Under the pieces are notes generated by a model that searched no databases, had not been told where the DNA came from, and worked only from the letters and a program-made list of their open reading frames with translations. Position numbers and translations under genes: made by a program. Positions 49,632 through 62,684 of a stretch of DNA of 64,000 nt are shown here, piece by piece. This stretch comes from Octopus vulgaris (lineage: Eukaryota): assembly GCA_951406725.2 (NCBI GenBank), contig OX597835.1, positions 41,912,001-41,976,000 of the forward strand, given 5' to 3'. The number at the start of each line of letters is the position of its first letter. Within the stretch, counting starts at the first letter, position 1.

Positions 49632-50560
49632 ATCATCATCATCATCAACATCATTGTATACTGTCCACTTTCCATGCTGGCATGGGTTGGACAGTTTGAC
49701 TGAGGTCTGTCAAGCCAGGCGGCTGCACAAGGCTCCAATCTGATCTGGCATGTTTTCTACAACTGCTGCCCTTCTTAACGCTAACCACTCCAAGTGTATA
49801 GTGGGTGCTTTTTATGTACCATCAGCAGAGGGGCCAGTCAGGTGAAACTGGCATCAGTCAAGACTATAATTTCACTTGACCCAATAGGTCTTCTCAAGTA
49901 CAGTATATTGCCCAATGATTGAAAGGTACTCTTAAACAGGCCAGTTATGTGATACTGGGATCAGCCACAGCTACAATCTCACTTGACTTGCCGGGTCTTC
50001 TCAATCACAGCATATCTCCAAAGGAATCAGTTTCTTGTCATTGCCTCTGTGAGGCCTAGCATTCAATGATCATGCTTCACCAGGTCATCCCATGTCTTCC
50101 TGGGTCTACCTCTTCCACAGGTTCCTTCAAATGTTTAGGGTGTGACACTTCTTCACACCACTGTCCTCATCCATATGCAGCACATGACCATACCAGCACA
50201 GTTGTCTCTCTTGCACACCTTATCTGATGCTTCTTATGTCAAACTTCTCTCAGGGTGCTTACACTGTCATATATGCACACTGACATTAGACATCCAGAAG
50301 ATCATGCTAGCTTAATTTCTTTATGCATATCCTCAGCACTCACAGCCCATGTTTCACTGCCATGTAGCATGGCTGTTCGCACACATGCATCATACAGTCT
50401 ACCTTTCACTCTGAGTGGAGGCTCTTTGTTACCAGCAGAGGTAAGAACTCCCTGAACATTGCCCAGGCTATTCTTATTCTAGCAGCTACACTTTCAGAGC
50501 ATCCACCCCCGCTACTGACTTGGTCACCTTGCTAATGGAAGCTATCAACTACTTCTAGTT
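49632..50560 (-). mobile_element. 5'-truncated RTE-clade LINE (RT C-terminus plus 3' UTR, (GAT)n tail)
   Basis: Minus-strand LEVVDSFH*QGDQVSSGGGCSESVAARIRIAWAMFR...RVKGRLYDACVRTAMLHGSETWAV. Confidence 0.88.
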
Positions 50561-50971
50561 TTTATTCCTGGCATGTGACCTTCCCTTATGTATTTTAATT
50601 AATGTCTCCAAACCCAGATTTAAATATTTTACATGAAAATATCTTGAAATAGCCATTATGGTGCAAATGAGAAACCTTTTGTGCTTTGCAAGAAACCATG
50701 TTTTCAACACCGAAACTAGTGTTTTTTATTTACCATTTATCCTCTAATTAACATTTTAGTCACATAACGGCTTCTTTTGATTAGGTACCAGGATCTTGGA
50801 GTTACAGACAAGATAAGTCGGCGATGTCTTGAATATCGTGACATTTTTCCACGAGAAAAAAAAAACCTAATTCAGACTGTAATTGAAACCAGTTTGGGAA
50901 GTTTAGACTCTGACAATTAAGACATTGCATCATGACACCAGACACGTGTACACACACACACTATGTTGTTG

Positions 50972-51002
<31 letters not shown>

Positions 51003-51264
51003 CATCATTGTGGTTGTTGTTGTTATTGGAATATGTACGTGCTTCTCAAACATTTGAGCAAAACTGCTGTATGCTGCGTCAGTGTTATTAACAGGAAGCT
51101 GTTGACAAATTAACTAAATATTTGTCTTCTGCATAATAATTTATCTATCTGCCTGCCTGTCTATCTATCTATCTATCTATCTACCTACCTACCTACCTAC
51201 CTACCTACCTGCCTGCCTGCCTGACAATATATCTATTTATTCTGTCTATCTGTCAATCAATCTA

Positions 51265-51321
<57 letters not shown>

Positions 51322-51382
51322 TTCTCTTTCTCTCTCTCTCTATATATATATATCTGTCTCTCTCTATCTATCTGTCTGTCTG

Positions 51383-51650
51383 GAAGTCTTCAAAAAGGAA
51401 CTGGACATTCTCCTCTTCACAATATCGGATAGACCAATGGTCCAGCATATAGTACACACGAGGGCAGCAGTGGTCAAACTCGCTCATACATCAAAAGGGC
51501 CAAAAATCAAGGGAAAAGCACATACAGGAGAGAGGATACGAAATCCCTCCACCCTCAAGAAACCAGCCAAAAAAGAATATGAAAAAGTACAAAATCATAG
51601 TGGTGCTCCAGCATGACCACAGCTACATGACTGAAACAAATAAAAGAATA
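51383..51650 (+). mobile_element. CR1/L2-group LINE extreme 3' fragment ending in the family-B SINE tail
   Basis: VFKKELDILLFTISDRP...RAA is typical of the CR1-type ORF2 end. Followed by ggtgctccagcatgaccacagc..atgactgaaacaaataaaaga. Confidence 0.6.
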
Positions 51651-51667
51651 TGTATTTACATATATAT

Positions 51668-51879
51668 ATTCTTTTATTCTTTAACTTGTTTCAGTCATTT
51701 GACTGCGGCCATGCTGGAGTACCACCTTTAATCGAGCAACTCGACCCCGGGACTTATTCTTTTGTAAGCCCAGTACTTATTCTATCGGTCTCTTTTGCCG
51801 AACCGCTAAGTGACGGGGACGTAAACACACCAGCATCGGTTGTTAAGCAATGCTAGGGGGACAAACACAGACACACAAA

Positions 51880-51911
<32 letters not shown>

Positions 51912-52313
51912 CGACAGGCTTCTTTCAGTTTCCGTCTACCAAATCCACTCACAAGGCATTGGTCGACCCGGGGCTATAGCAGAAGACACTTGCCCAAGAT
52001 GCCACGCAGTGGGACTGAACCCGGAACCATGTGGTTGGTTAGCAAGCTACTTACCACACAGCCACTCCTGCGCCTATAGCCACTCCTGCGCCTATAGCTA
52101 CTCCTGCGCCTATATATATATTCTTTTATTCTTTTACTTGTTTCACTCATTTGACTGGCCATGCTGAAGGACTGCCTCTAGTTGAACAAATCAAACACAG
52201 CACTTATTCTTTATAAGCCTAGTACTTATTATATCAGAAGCTTTTGCCAAACCGCTAAGTTATGAGGAGGTAAACACACCAACATCAGTTGTCAAGCGAT
52301 GGTGGGGAGACAA

Positions 52314-52364
<51 letters not shown>

Positions 52365-52532
52365 CACACAATCAGCTTTTTTTAGTTTCCATCTACCAAA
52401 TCCACTCACAACGCTTTGGTTGACCCAAGGCTATAGTAGAAGTCATTTGCCCAAAGTGCCATGCAGTTGGACTGAACCCTGAAACCTGTGTTTGGGAAGC
52501 AAGCTTCTTACCACACAGCCACTTCTGTGCCT
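51668..52532 (-). mobile_element. Two tandem family-B SINEs; the first has a triplicated 18-bp head segment
   Basis: (agccactcctgcgcctat)x3 at ~52060-52113. Confidence 0.85.
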
Positions 52533-52594
52533 ATATATATATATAGATACATACATATATATATATACATACATACATATACATACATACATAC

Positions 52595-52628
<34 letters not shown>

Positions 52629-53555
52629 GTGTATAAACACACACACACACACATATACATACATATATATATATATATATACTTATATATATATATATAT
52701 AGAACTAGCTATTTTGCTCCTTATAAATGTGTGTGTGTGTGTGTAAATATATATATGTGTGTGTGTAGGCGTGGGTAAATATATATGCTTACATATACAC
52801 ACACGTGCACACACACACACACATTTATATATTATACATATATAATATAGGAATTTTAACATGCTGAAAGGGACTGTAGCTGTATATGTTCGCAAAGAAA
52901 CATGAATGTTGACTGACATAATCAGCAGAGCATCCGACAAAATATAATGTGTTTCACAGAATCAGCAGCACATTGGACGAAATAATGGTGGTTGACTGAG
53001 GAAGAATCAGTGGAGCTGTACTTCTCAATCTTTTTGAGTAAGCGTCATACGTTAAAAGACAGTAGTGGTGGCAGTGGTAGTGGTGATGGTGGTGATGGTG
53101 GTGGTGGCAGCGGCGGCGGTGGTCGTTGTCATCATCATCATCATGTTGTGCTGGTGAGCAAATAAAAATAAACATTTTAGGTCAGAAATTTAATCTAGAA
53201 AGCGATTCCTCACCATTTTTTCAAGACAATCAAGCATAAATATGGATTTTCCCAAAGAATTACTTATTGTTTTCCATCATAATTTTTTGTTTTTTAACAT
53301 TCACTTTTACATCCTCACAATTGAGGAAGACGGATTTTCTGTTGAGGCAGAATTTTCAAAAGCTAGATGTCAAGGTAGAAAATGCTAAAATAATTTTATC
53401 ATACAAGGGGCATTTTTCTTGTTTCTGCCTATCTCTGTCTCTCTCTCTCTATATATATATATTCATATACATATATATACATATATATATGTGTGTGTGT
53501 ATGTATATATATATGTATATGAATATATATGTTCATATATATATATATATATATA

Positions 53556-53660
53556 TACTTTATTTTAAGCAGCAGAAAATTCAACAAAATCTGTTACTCT
53601 GAGTTTCTCGTTGCCGTTCATCAGACAGTTTTTGTTGAATTTTCTGCTGCTTAAAATAAA

Positions 53661-53663
<3 letters not shown>
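53556..53663. repeat. ~108-bp palindromic element (34-bp perfect inverted arms) in (TA)n
   Basis: tactttattttaagcagcagaaaattcaacaaaa ... ttttgttgaattttctgctgcttaaaataaagta. Confidence 0.92.
53591..53628 (-). ncRNA. Type I hammerhead-ribozyme-like motif (weak stem II)
   Basis: CUGU-CUGAUGA-ACGGCAACGA-GAAACUC-A-GAGUA-ACAG: stem I CUGU/ACAG, intact CUGAUGA and GAAA core boxes, self-complementary stem III, GUA cleavage triplet. Confidence 0.65.
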
Positions 53664-53720
<57 letters not shown>

Positions 53721-53726
53721 GTATAT

Positions 53727-53758
<32 letters not shown>

Positions 53759-53764
53759 GTATAT

Positions 53765-53796
<32 letters not shown>

Positions 53797-53802
53797 GTAT
53801 AT

Positions 53803-53834
<32 letters not shown>

Positions 53835-53840
53835 GTATAT

Positions 53841-53872
<32 letters not shown>

Positions 53873-53873
53873 G

Positions 53874-53904
<31 letters not shown>

Positions 53905-54068
53905 GTATGTGTATATATATATATATATGTATATATATGTATGTGTATATATATTTATATATATGTATGTGTATATATATTTATATATATGTATGCATGT
54001 ATGTATATATATATGTATGTATATATATATCTATATATATATACATACATACACACACACACACACAT

Positions 54069-54099
<31 letters not shown>

Positions 54100-54424
54100 A
54101 TATTTAGGGATAACCACTAGGTGGATAACCAACATGCTAGACGAAGATCACATATGATCTAACTACAAAGAAAAGAATGTTCTCTAGTGAAATTCAGAAA
54201 TTTAGGCACATGCCCAAGTTGCCACGCAGTGGAACTGAATCCTGAACCATGTGGTTGGTAAGCAAACTTCTTACCATACAGCCACTCCTGTGCCTAAAGC
54301 ATATGTATGTGTGCGTGTGTGTGTGTGTGTGTGTAATCCATTACTACACCTACCTAGCATACCTAATCGTTAAGATCACCTGTGAACTAAACTCCCATAC
54401 TTTGTATATATGTATATATATATA

Positions 54425-54780
54425 CTAGCAGAATTGCCCGGCAATGCTCGGGGCTGAATTGCTTGAAAGTACTGTTAATGATTGCACTGAATTATGATGA
54501 TTATTCAGGCAAATATTGATACAAGTTTACGGCGAAAGTGTGGTGGTAATAGCAGGAGTAAACCACTTGAAATGAGAGAGGCAAATCGTAAAATATTGAG
54601 TTTTCTCGAATTTTTGCTTAATTGGGTGTCAAATTGAAAAAACTTTACATGCCATGATCCAATCGAATCTACTTGGAAAAACCATAGGTAAATTCCAATT
54701 GAAGAAATTCTATATTGTAGAATTTTATTAAAAAGAAACATGGGAACAGGCAGAGAAAATCTGGCTTTTATTATAAGAGA
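54425..54780 (-). mobile_element. Non-autonomous Helitron
   Basis: Minus strand A|TCTCTTATAATAAAA ... cccgagcattgccggg hairpin + caattctgCTAG|T, within (TA)n. Confidence 0.82.
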
Positions 54781-55397
54781 TATATATATATAATACAAAT
54801 AAGAAAATGGAGGAACAAATTCATTTCAATCATCAACTTACATATAATACATACATACATATGCACATACATACATACATAATACATACATACATACGCA
54901 CATACATACACACACACATACACACATACATACACACATACATACATGCATGCATACATACATACATGCATACATACTTACATAGATGCACACGTACACA
55001 TAGAAGACCAACTTCTTTCACTTTCTGCTCTCAACGAAATTCACTCACAAGGTGTTGCTTGGCTCAAGGCTATATCAGAAGACATTTACCCAAGGTGCTA
55101 GGCAGTCGGACTGAACCCAAAACCTCGGAGCTGCAAATGACAACTTTGTAACCACAAAGAATTTCCTTTTCCCTTCTCTTTTTTTTTTCTGGTTGTCTTT
55201 CTTCACCAATTTCCTCCTAAGAATAGGAAACAATTATATAACAGTTGATTCTTTTTTACGTAAATTAATTTCTTTGAGTCAAAGGTCATTGTGTGTTGGT
55301 GTCGTGGCATTAAATCTACTTGCCAGGTGAGAATATTTGCTGTTTAGCCATGTTGACAATGATTTAGTTCAGGAGACAATAATAAATAATAATGATG

Positions 55398-55430
<33 letters not shown>

Positions 55431-55579
55431 ATAAATGTAATAAAATAAGGCGTTAAATTTTGCTGAAATATGTATATTGACAGATATATAAAGTTGAAAA
55501 ACTAGTCATTAATCGTGAGTCATAGCTTGGAATACAGTAAAATCTAGAGGACAATGCATAGTCATTGTACAAATGTGTT

Positions 55580-55628
<49 letters not shown>

Positions 55629-55721
55629 GTGAGAATATATATACATATCTATATGAATGTATGTGTACATACCCCTCTCTCTCTCTTTCTCTATACACAC
55701 AAACACACATATATATATATT

Positions 55722-56165
55722 CTTTTATTCTTTTGCTTGTTTCAGTCATCTGACTGTGGCCATGCTGCAGCACCACCTTTAGTCGAGCAAATCGACCCCA
55801 GAACTTATTCTTTGTAAGCCTAATACATATTCTATCGGTCTCTTTTGCCGAATCGCTAAGTTACATGGATACAAATACACCAACATAATTTGTCAAGTGC
55901 TCATGGTGGGGGGGGGGCAAAAACACAGACACACAAACACTCACATGCACGCACACACAGACACACACACACTCACACACACACATGCACACACACACAC
56001 ACATGATGGGCTTCTTTCAGTTTTCATCTACCAAGTCCACCCATGAGGCTTTGGTCGGCCCGAGGTTATAGAAAAAGCCACTTGGCCAAGTTGGCATGCA
56101 GTGGGGCTGAACCCGGAACCATGTGGTTGGAAAGCTAGCTTCTTACCACACAGCTATGCCTGTGC
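55722..56165 (-). mobile_element. Family-B SINE
   Basis: Reverse complement of 24393-24800. Confidence 0.82.
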
Positions 56166-56180
56166 TTGATATATATACAT

Positions 56181-56226
<46 letters not shown>

Positions 56227-56228
<2 letters not shown>

Positions 56229-57905
56229 AACGTGGCCGTAGCCAGTACCGCATCGACTCGCCTCCGTGCTGTGGGAACATGGTGGCACATAAAAACACCA
56301 TCCGAAGACCCGGCAAGACTAGTCAGGTCATAACCCGTGGGCCCTACCTGGGACGTAGTCAGTCCACCTGTACATACCTTCCTTCTTGTGACACTTGTGA
56401 AGACCTGTTGAGGCAAGTGAAAATCAAAAATCAAATCAAAACAAATCAAAATAGATGAACATCAATGGAATTTGTATCTTTGTGGTACCAGTGCCGGTGG
56501 CACACAAGAATCCATCCGAACGTGACCGTAGTCAGTACCGCTTGTGGTACCAGTGCCGGTGGCACACAAGAATCCATCCGAACGTGGCCGTAGTCAGTAC
56601 CGCATCACTGGCCATCGTGCTGTGGGCACATAACAAACACCATCCGGTCGTGGCCGTTCGCCAGCCTCATCTAGCACCTGTGTCGGTGGCACATAAAAAG
56701 TAGTCAGTACCGCTTGTGGTACCAGTGCCGGTGGCACACAAGAATCCATCCGAACATGGCCGTAGTCAGTACCGCATCACTGGCCATCGTGCTGTGGGCA
56801 CAACAAACACCATCCAATCGTGGCCGTTCGCCAGCCTCATCTAGCACCTGTGTCGGTGGCACATAAAAACACCATCCGAAGACCCGGCAAGACTAGTCAG
56901 GCCATAAACCATGGCCCCTACCTGGGACGTAGTCAGTCCACCTGTGCATACCTTCCTCCTTGTGATACTTGTTGAAGGCCTGTTGAGGCAAGTGAAAATC
57001 AAAATCAAAATCAAATCAAAACAAATCAAAATAGATGAACATCAATGGAATTTGTATCTTTGTGGTACCAGTGCCGGTGGCACACAAGAGAAAACCATCC
57101 GAAAGTGGCCGTAGCCAGTACCGCATCGACTGGCCTCCGTGCTGTGGGCACATGACAAACACCATCCGATCGTGGCCGTTCGCTAGCCTCATCTAGCACC
57201 TGTGTTGGTGGCACATAAAAACACCATCCGAAGACCCGGCAAGACTAGTCAGGCCATAACCCATGGCCCCTACCTGGGACGTAGTCAGTCCACCTGTGCA
57301 TACCTTCCTTCTTGTGACACTTGTGAAGACCTGTTGAGGCAAGTGAAAATCAAATCAAATCGAAACAAATCAAAATAGATGAACATCAATGGAATTTAGT
57401 CCACCTGTGCATACCTTCCTTCTTGTGACACTTGTGAAGACCTGTTGAGGCAAGTGAAAATCAAATCAAAACAAATCAAAATAGATGAACATCAATGGAA
57501 TTTGTATCTTTGTGGTACCAGTGCCGGTGGCACGTGGCACACAAGAAAACCATCCGAACGTGGCCGTAGCCAGTACCGCATCGACTGGCCTCCGTGCTGT
57601 GGGCACGTAACAAGCACCATCCGATCATGGCCGTTTGCCAGCCTCGTCTGGCACCTGTGTCGGTGGCACATAAAAAACACCATCCGAGCGTGGCCGTTTG
57701 CCAGCCTCGTCTGGCACCTGTGTCGGTGGCACATAAAATCACCCACTACACTCTCGGAGTGGTTGGCGTTAGGAAGGGCATCCAGCTGTAGAAACACTGC
57801 CAGATCTGACTGGACTGGTGCAGCTTTTGGGCTCCCCAGACCCCAGTTGAACCGTCCAACCCATGCTAGCATGGAAAGCGGACGTTAAATGATGATGATG
57901 ATGAT
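56227..57905 (+). mobile_element. Family-C RTE-tailed element with multiply reiterated internal modules
   Basis: Block ...gaggcaagtgaaaatcaaa...atagatgaacatcaatggaattt recurs 4 times, interleaved with 50-60-bp units. One RTE-type tail plus (GAT)n at 57750-57905. Confidence 0.82.
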
Positions 57906-57920
57906 ATATATATATATATA

Positions 57921-58308
57921 TCTTTATATATAAAAGTGAAGTTGTGTGTCTGTCTCCTACGATTTAGATTCCTAACAACTCCCACATTTTGCGGTGCAGT
58001 GTAACCAAAACCGGGTATCTTATAGTCGTGATTCATATCGAGCCCTTCTGGGTATTAGCGTGCGTCTACGATGAGTCTATGATTTAAAAAATAAGTTACC
58101 ATCATTTTTTTCCATTTTAATGCATTTTTATCGCTATTATATAAGGGAAGTAACTCTCTAAAAATGTCTACGATGAGTCAACGATTTAAAAAAAAATTTA
58201 GCATCATTTTTTTTCCATTTTAATGCATTTTTTTGCTATTTTTTGGCTATAACTCTCTAAAAATGCTTTATAGTTATTTCCCTTACAAACGCCGGGCGAT
58301 ACTGCTAG
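57921..58308 (+). mobile_element. Non-autonomous Helitron
   Basis: A|TCTTTATATATAAAA start and gccgggcgatactgCTAG|T end in (TA)n. The 3' ~100 bp are shared with 25862-26251. Confidence 0.82.
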
Positions 58309-58319
58309 TATATATATAT

Positions 58320-58655
58320 ATGGAGATGTACTTGCATAGCAAGTGACCTGTTCTGAGATTGTGTGCTGAAACAAAAACAATTGCAGCATGGAAGGTGTTT
58401 AGAAGCCATTTACACAAAAACCCGTTAGATTCACTTCAACATTTAAATCAGATGCAGCACAGAATTTTGTTAGTGAACAGGTCAGTGTCTCAAAGCGGCA
58501 AAAATATTTTGGCAAATTAAATTTAAACGTTGAAGTGAATCTAACAGTTTTTTGTGTCTTGTTAAATAGCTTATAAACATCTTCCATGCTGCAATTGTTT
58601 TTGCTTCAGTACACAATCTCAGATCAAGTCACTTGCTATGCAAGTACATCTCCAT
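58320..58655. mobile_element. Foldback element with ~130-bp imperfect inverted arms in (TA)n (MITE or inverted Penelope-type terminus)
   Basis: atggagatgtacttgcatagcaagtgac...ttagattcacttcaacatttaaat / atttaaacgttgaagtgaatctaa...gtcacttgctatgcaagtacatctccat. Confidence 0.85.
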
Positions 58656-60009
58656 AATATATATATATATAGAGAGAGAGAGAGCGAGAGAGAGAGAGAC
58701 ACAGACAGACAGACAGACAGACAGAGATTCACGCATATATATGTGTATTCATGTATGTGTGTGTGTGTATGTACATATGAAGTACACATTATTAAATTAT
58801 AAACAAATTCACCATATCATGGAGAGAGAGAGAGAGAGAGAGCAAGTGAGAGACAGACAGACAGACAGAGAAAAAAAAATTTGTTTATCAGAACCTTATA
58901 TGGAGTTGAGTTTTACCATATATTGGTTCCTTGTCTATGCATGAAGAAATTGGTGGAATCATTGGAATGATTTATGTCTTGCTAGATATTATCACAGAAA
59001 TAATTCCTGTCAGTTTCATTACTTCTCTCCCAATACCAATATAATTCCAGTTTGAAGAACTGTCTGGGGGGGGGGGAGACAAAAAAGAAAAAAATATGAA
59101 GGAATACATATCAATTAGAACAGAAAAAATATAAGAGTGAAGAGAGTCTCAGAGAGATGGGATCATTGAGAGGGAAGACTACGCATAATTTAAGTGGGTT
59201 AGTAGGGACGAGAAGGAACTGTTGCAGAACAATTGTATGAAGAATATTTCGAGTGATAATGAATGGAATTGATGGCTAAAAGACTTTGCTTTTCAGTCTA
59301 AAAGTGAGTGAAGGTAGAAGGGGAGGAGAACACAAGACAGTCAGAAACCATATTCTGTGTTGTAAATTATAAATAGGGTTCGTCTTTCAGGTGAATAACC
59401 TCCTTTTTGATAGGAGACTAAAAAAGACTAAATATTTTAGTAATTCGAGAAATCTGTGCCATTTCAAAGGTACCAGTCTAGGAACTGTATTTAGACAATA
59501 TTGTCAAATGTTAATAACTTTTTAGCACTTAGAAACCTCTTATTTCTAAAAGGCAAATTGATCCTTTCCCATAATTTGGCAACCTTCCAATAGAAAATTG
59601 AGTTGTTTGAGTGATGGATAGAATACTATGCAGGACTTGTTTCAGTTCTCTGTGCTCTGGGTTCAAATCTAGCCAAGGTCAACTTTGCCATTTATCCTTC
59701 TGGGTTGATAAATTATAGTACCGTACTTAGGTGATGGTTTTCTAGAATTGTTAGTGTCAGACCAGATGTCTTTTGTCCTCGTGATCTCTGTTCCATTTTT
59801 TTTTATATTCAGAATTCAAATTTCACCTTGATGCTATGCTAAATGACCAAAGTTAGTTAACCAGCAACAGGAATACTCTGTTCAGCTTGAAATTAAGCAG
59901 AGCAGATGGGAACACAACAGCTAGAGTAGATAAACACATAACGAGATGTTGAGGCTTTCATCCAGTAGTGAATTGATAATAGTTGGATAGAAATAGAAAC
60001 AGTAGCATT

Positions 60010-60215
60010 GATTTCCAAGGCCAGCAATTTTGAGGAAGCGGTGGGGTAAGCTGATTACATCGACCCCCCACCCCCACCCCAGTGCTCCACGGGCACTTAT
60101 TTCATTGACCCCTGAAAAGATGAAAGATAAAGTTGACTTTGGTGGAATTTGAACTCAGAATGTGAAGATGGACAAATGCTGCCAGGCATAATAATGATTC
60201 TGCAAGTTCACTGCC

Positions 60216-60255
<40 letters not shown>

Positions 60256-60499
60256 TAATAATGATGATGACAGTGGTGATAATAATCCTTTCTACTATAG
60301 GCACAAGGCCTGAAATTTTGGGGAAGAGGACAAGTCAATTACATCGACCCCAGTGTATCACTGGTATTTAATTTATTGACCCCCAAAAGGATGAAAGGCA
60401 AAGTCGACCTCAGTGGAATTTGAACTCAGAAAGTAGTGGCAGACGAAATGCTGCCAAGCATTTCGCCCAACATGCTAACGATTCTGCCAGCTCATCACC

Positions 60500-60555
<56 letters not shown>

Positions 60556-61018
60556 CTTTTCTACTATAGACACAAAGCCTAGTTTTTGTTGGGAGGAAGA
60601 CAGTCAATCACATCGACCCCAGTACACAACTGGTATTTGTTTATCAACCCCGAAAGGATGAAAGGCAAAGTTGTCCTTGGTAGAATTTGAACTCAGAACG
60701 TAGTGATGGGCAGAATACTGCTAAGCATTTCGTCCAGTGTGCTAACGATTCTGCCGGCTTGCTGCCTTAATAATAATATTAATGATGATGATGATGATGA
60801 TGATCCTTTCTACTCTAGGTACAAGGACTGAAATTTTGGGGAAGGGGACTAGTAAATTACATCGACCCCAGTGTTTCACTGGTACTTAATTTAGGAACCC
60901 TGAAAGGATGAAAAGCAAAGTCGACCTCAGTGGAATTTGAACTCAGAATGTAGTGACAGGTAAAATATCTGTAAGCATTTTGCTTAGAGTGCTAACGATT
61001 TTGCCAGCATGCTGCCTA
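60010..61018 (-). mobile_element. Chain of four head-to-tail family-A SINEs separated by (AAT)n/(GAT)n
   Basis: Four reverse-complement copies with heads at ~60217, 60501, 60768 and 61017. Confidence 0.88.
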
Positions 61019-62180
61019 ATACAAACAATAATATTGTTGGCGAAAAGGTGCATGGTCTAGTGGTTAGGGAATTGGATTCCTGATTGTAAGGTCAGGATTT
61101 CGAGTCCTGGACCAGGCGGTGTGTTGCATTCTTGTGCAAAGCTTTTCACTCCAAGTCACTCCAGTCCACTTGGTTGAAAACGAGTACCAGTAGCATCCCT
61201 GGGTTAATTCTGCAATGGACTGGTCTTCTGTTGGGTATGGAATTGCTTCTACATCGCAGAAACTAGAAATGGTCTGGCCTGATGTAGGATTGTGACGGAT
61301 TTAGATATATGACTAAGGAGGTGCAACATCCAATCGTTTATTAATTCTGGACAAGACAGGCAAGGGAGATAACCCCAAAACATAAATCAATAAAATTTAA
61401 AACTGAAGCTTGACTTTACAAACCAAACCAGTCTGAAAGGCATTATGTCACTTAATTGCTCAGCCAATCAACAAGTTCTAATATTTTCCTCATTTAAACT
61501 TTCTGTTTTTACTATTCCTGGCATTGAAAACATATCATAGTGAGCCAAATTTGCCTTTCTTAAAACAGAATAATATCTGTGATGATCTGAGCTAATTTGT
61601 TTCTTCTTCGTCTCATATTGTCTGCTATCATTTAATTTATGTTTTAAATAGACCAAAAAGAAAAGAAAAAAAAAGGAAAGGAAAACAAAATCCCTAATTT
61701 ATTCAGATTTTAATTAAGGAACTATGATAACAATCACTTATAAGAACTACTTTCGTTCTAGCAAGATATCTCAAAAGATTTTAATTTTTCATTTTTTTCC
61801 AAAAAATTATATTTATGAATTATCTTGTAGGTTTTACTTAACACCAAAGGAGAAGACAGCATATATTAATGATGAAATATGCTTTCTGCTTATCAGCATT
61901 TCAGATACACATCAGCTAATGTTGTTGCTGTTATCATCATCATCATCATCATCATTTTTGTTGTTGTTGTGTAATTATTCATTGTTGAAATTTACTTTTA
62001 CTGTTTTTCTTCTTCCCATCCACTCCTTTATGCTGCCTCACTCTGCATTGTCCTGTACCAATCCCATGGTATTTTGTGAACCCCCAAAGGGTTACTAAAG
62101 AAAACATCATTATTATTTTTGTTACTATTGTTGTTGTAGTTGTTGTTGCTATTGCTGTCATCATCACAATCCTCTTCTTT

Positions 62181-62542
62181 ATTATTTATTATTATTATTA
62201 TTATTATTGTTATTGTTGTTATTATTATTGTTATTATTGTTATTGTTGTTATTATTATTGTTATTATTGTTATTATTATTATTATTATTGTTATTGTTGT
62301 TATTATTATTGTTATTATTGTTATTATTATTATTATTGTTATTATTGTTATTGTTATTATTATTATTATTGTTGTTATTGTTGTTATTATTATTGTTATT
62401 ATTGTTATTAGTATTATTATTGTTGTTATTGTTATTATTGTTATTATTGTTATTATTATTATTATTATTGTTATTATTGTTATTGTTATTATTGTTGTTA
62501 TTATTATTATTGTTATTATTGTTATTATTGTTATTGTTATTG

Positions 62543-62586
<44 letters not shown>

Positions 62587-62626
62587 GTTATTATTGTTAT
62601 TGTTATTATTATTGTTGTTATTATTA

Positions 62627-62675
<49 letters not shown>
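62181..62675. repeat. (TTA/TTG)n microsatellite
   Basis: Direct reading. Confidence 0.98.
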
Positions 62676-62684
62676 CGTCATTAA

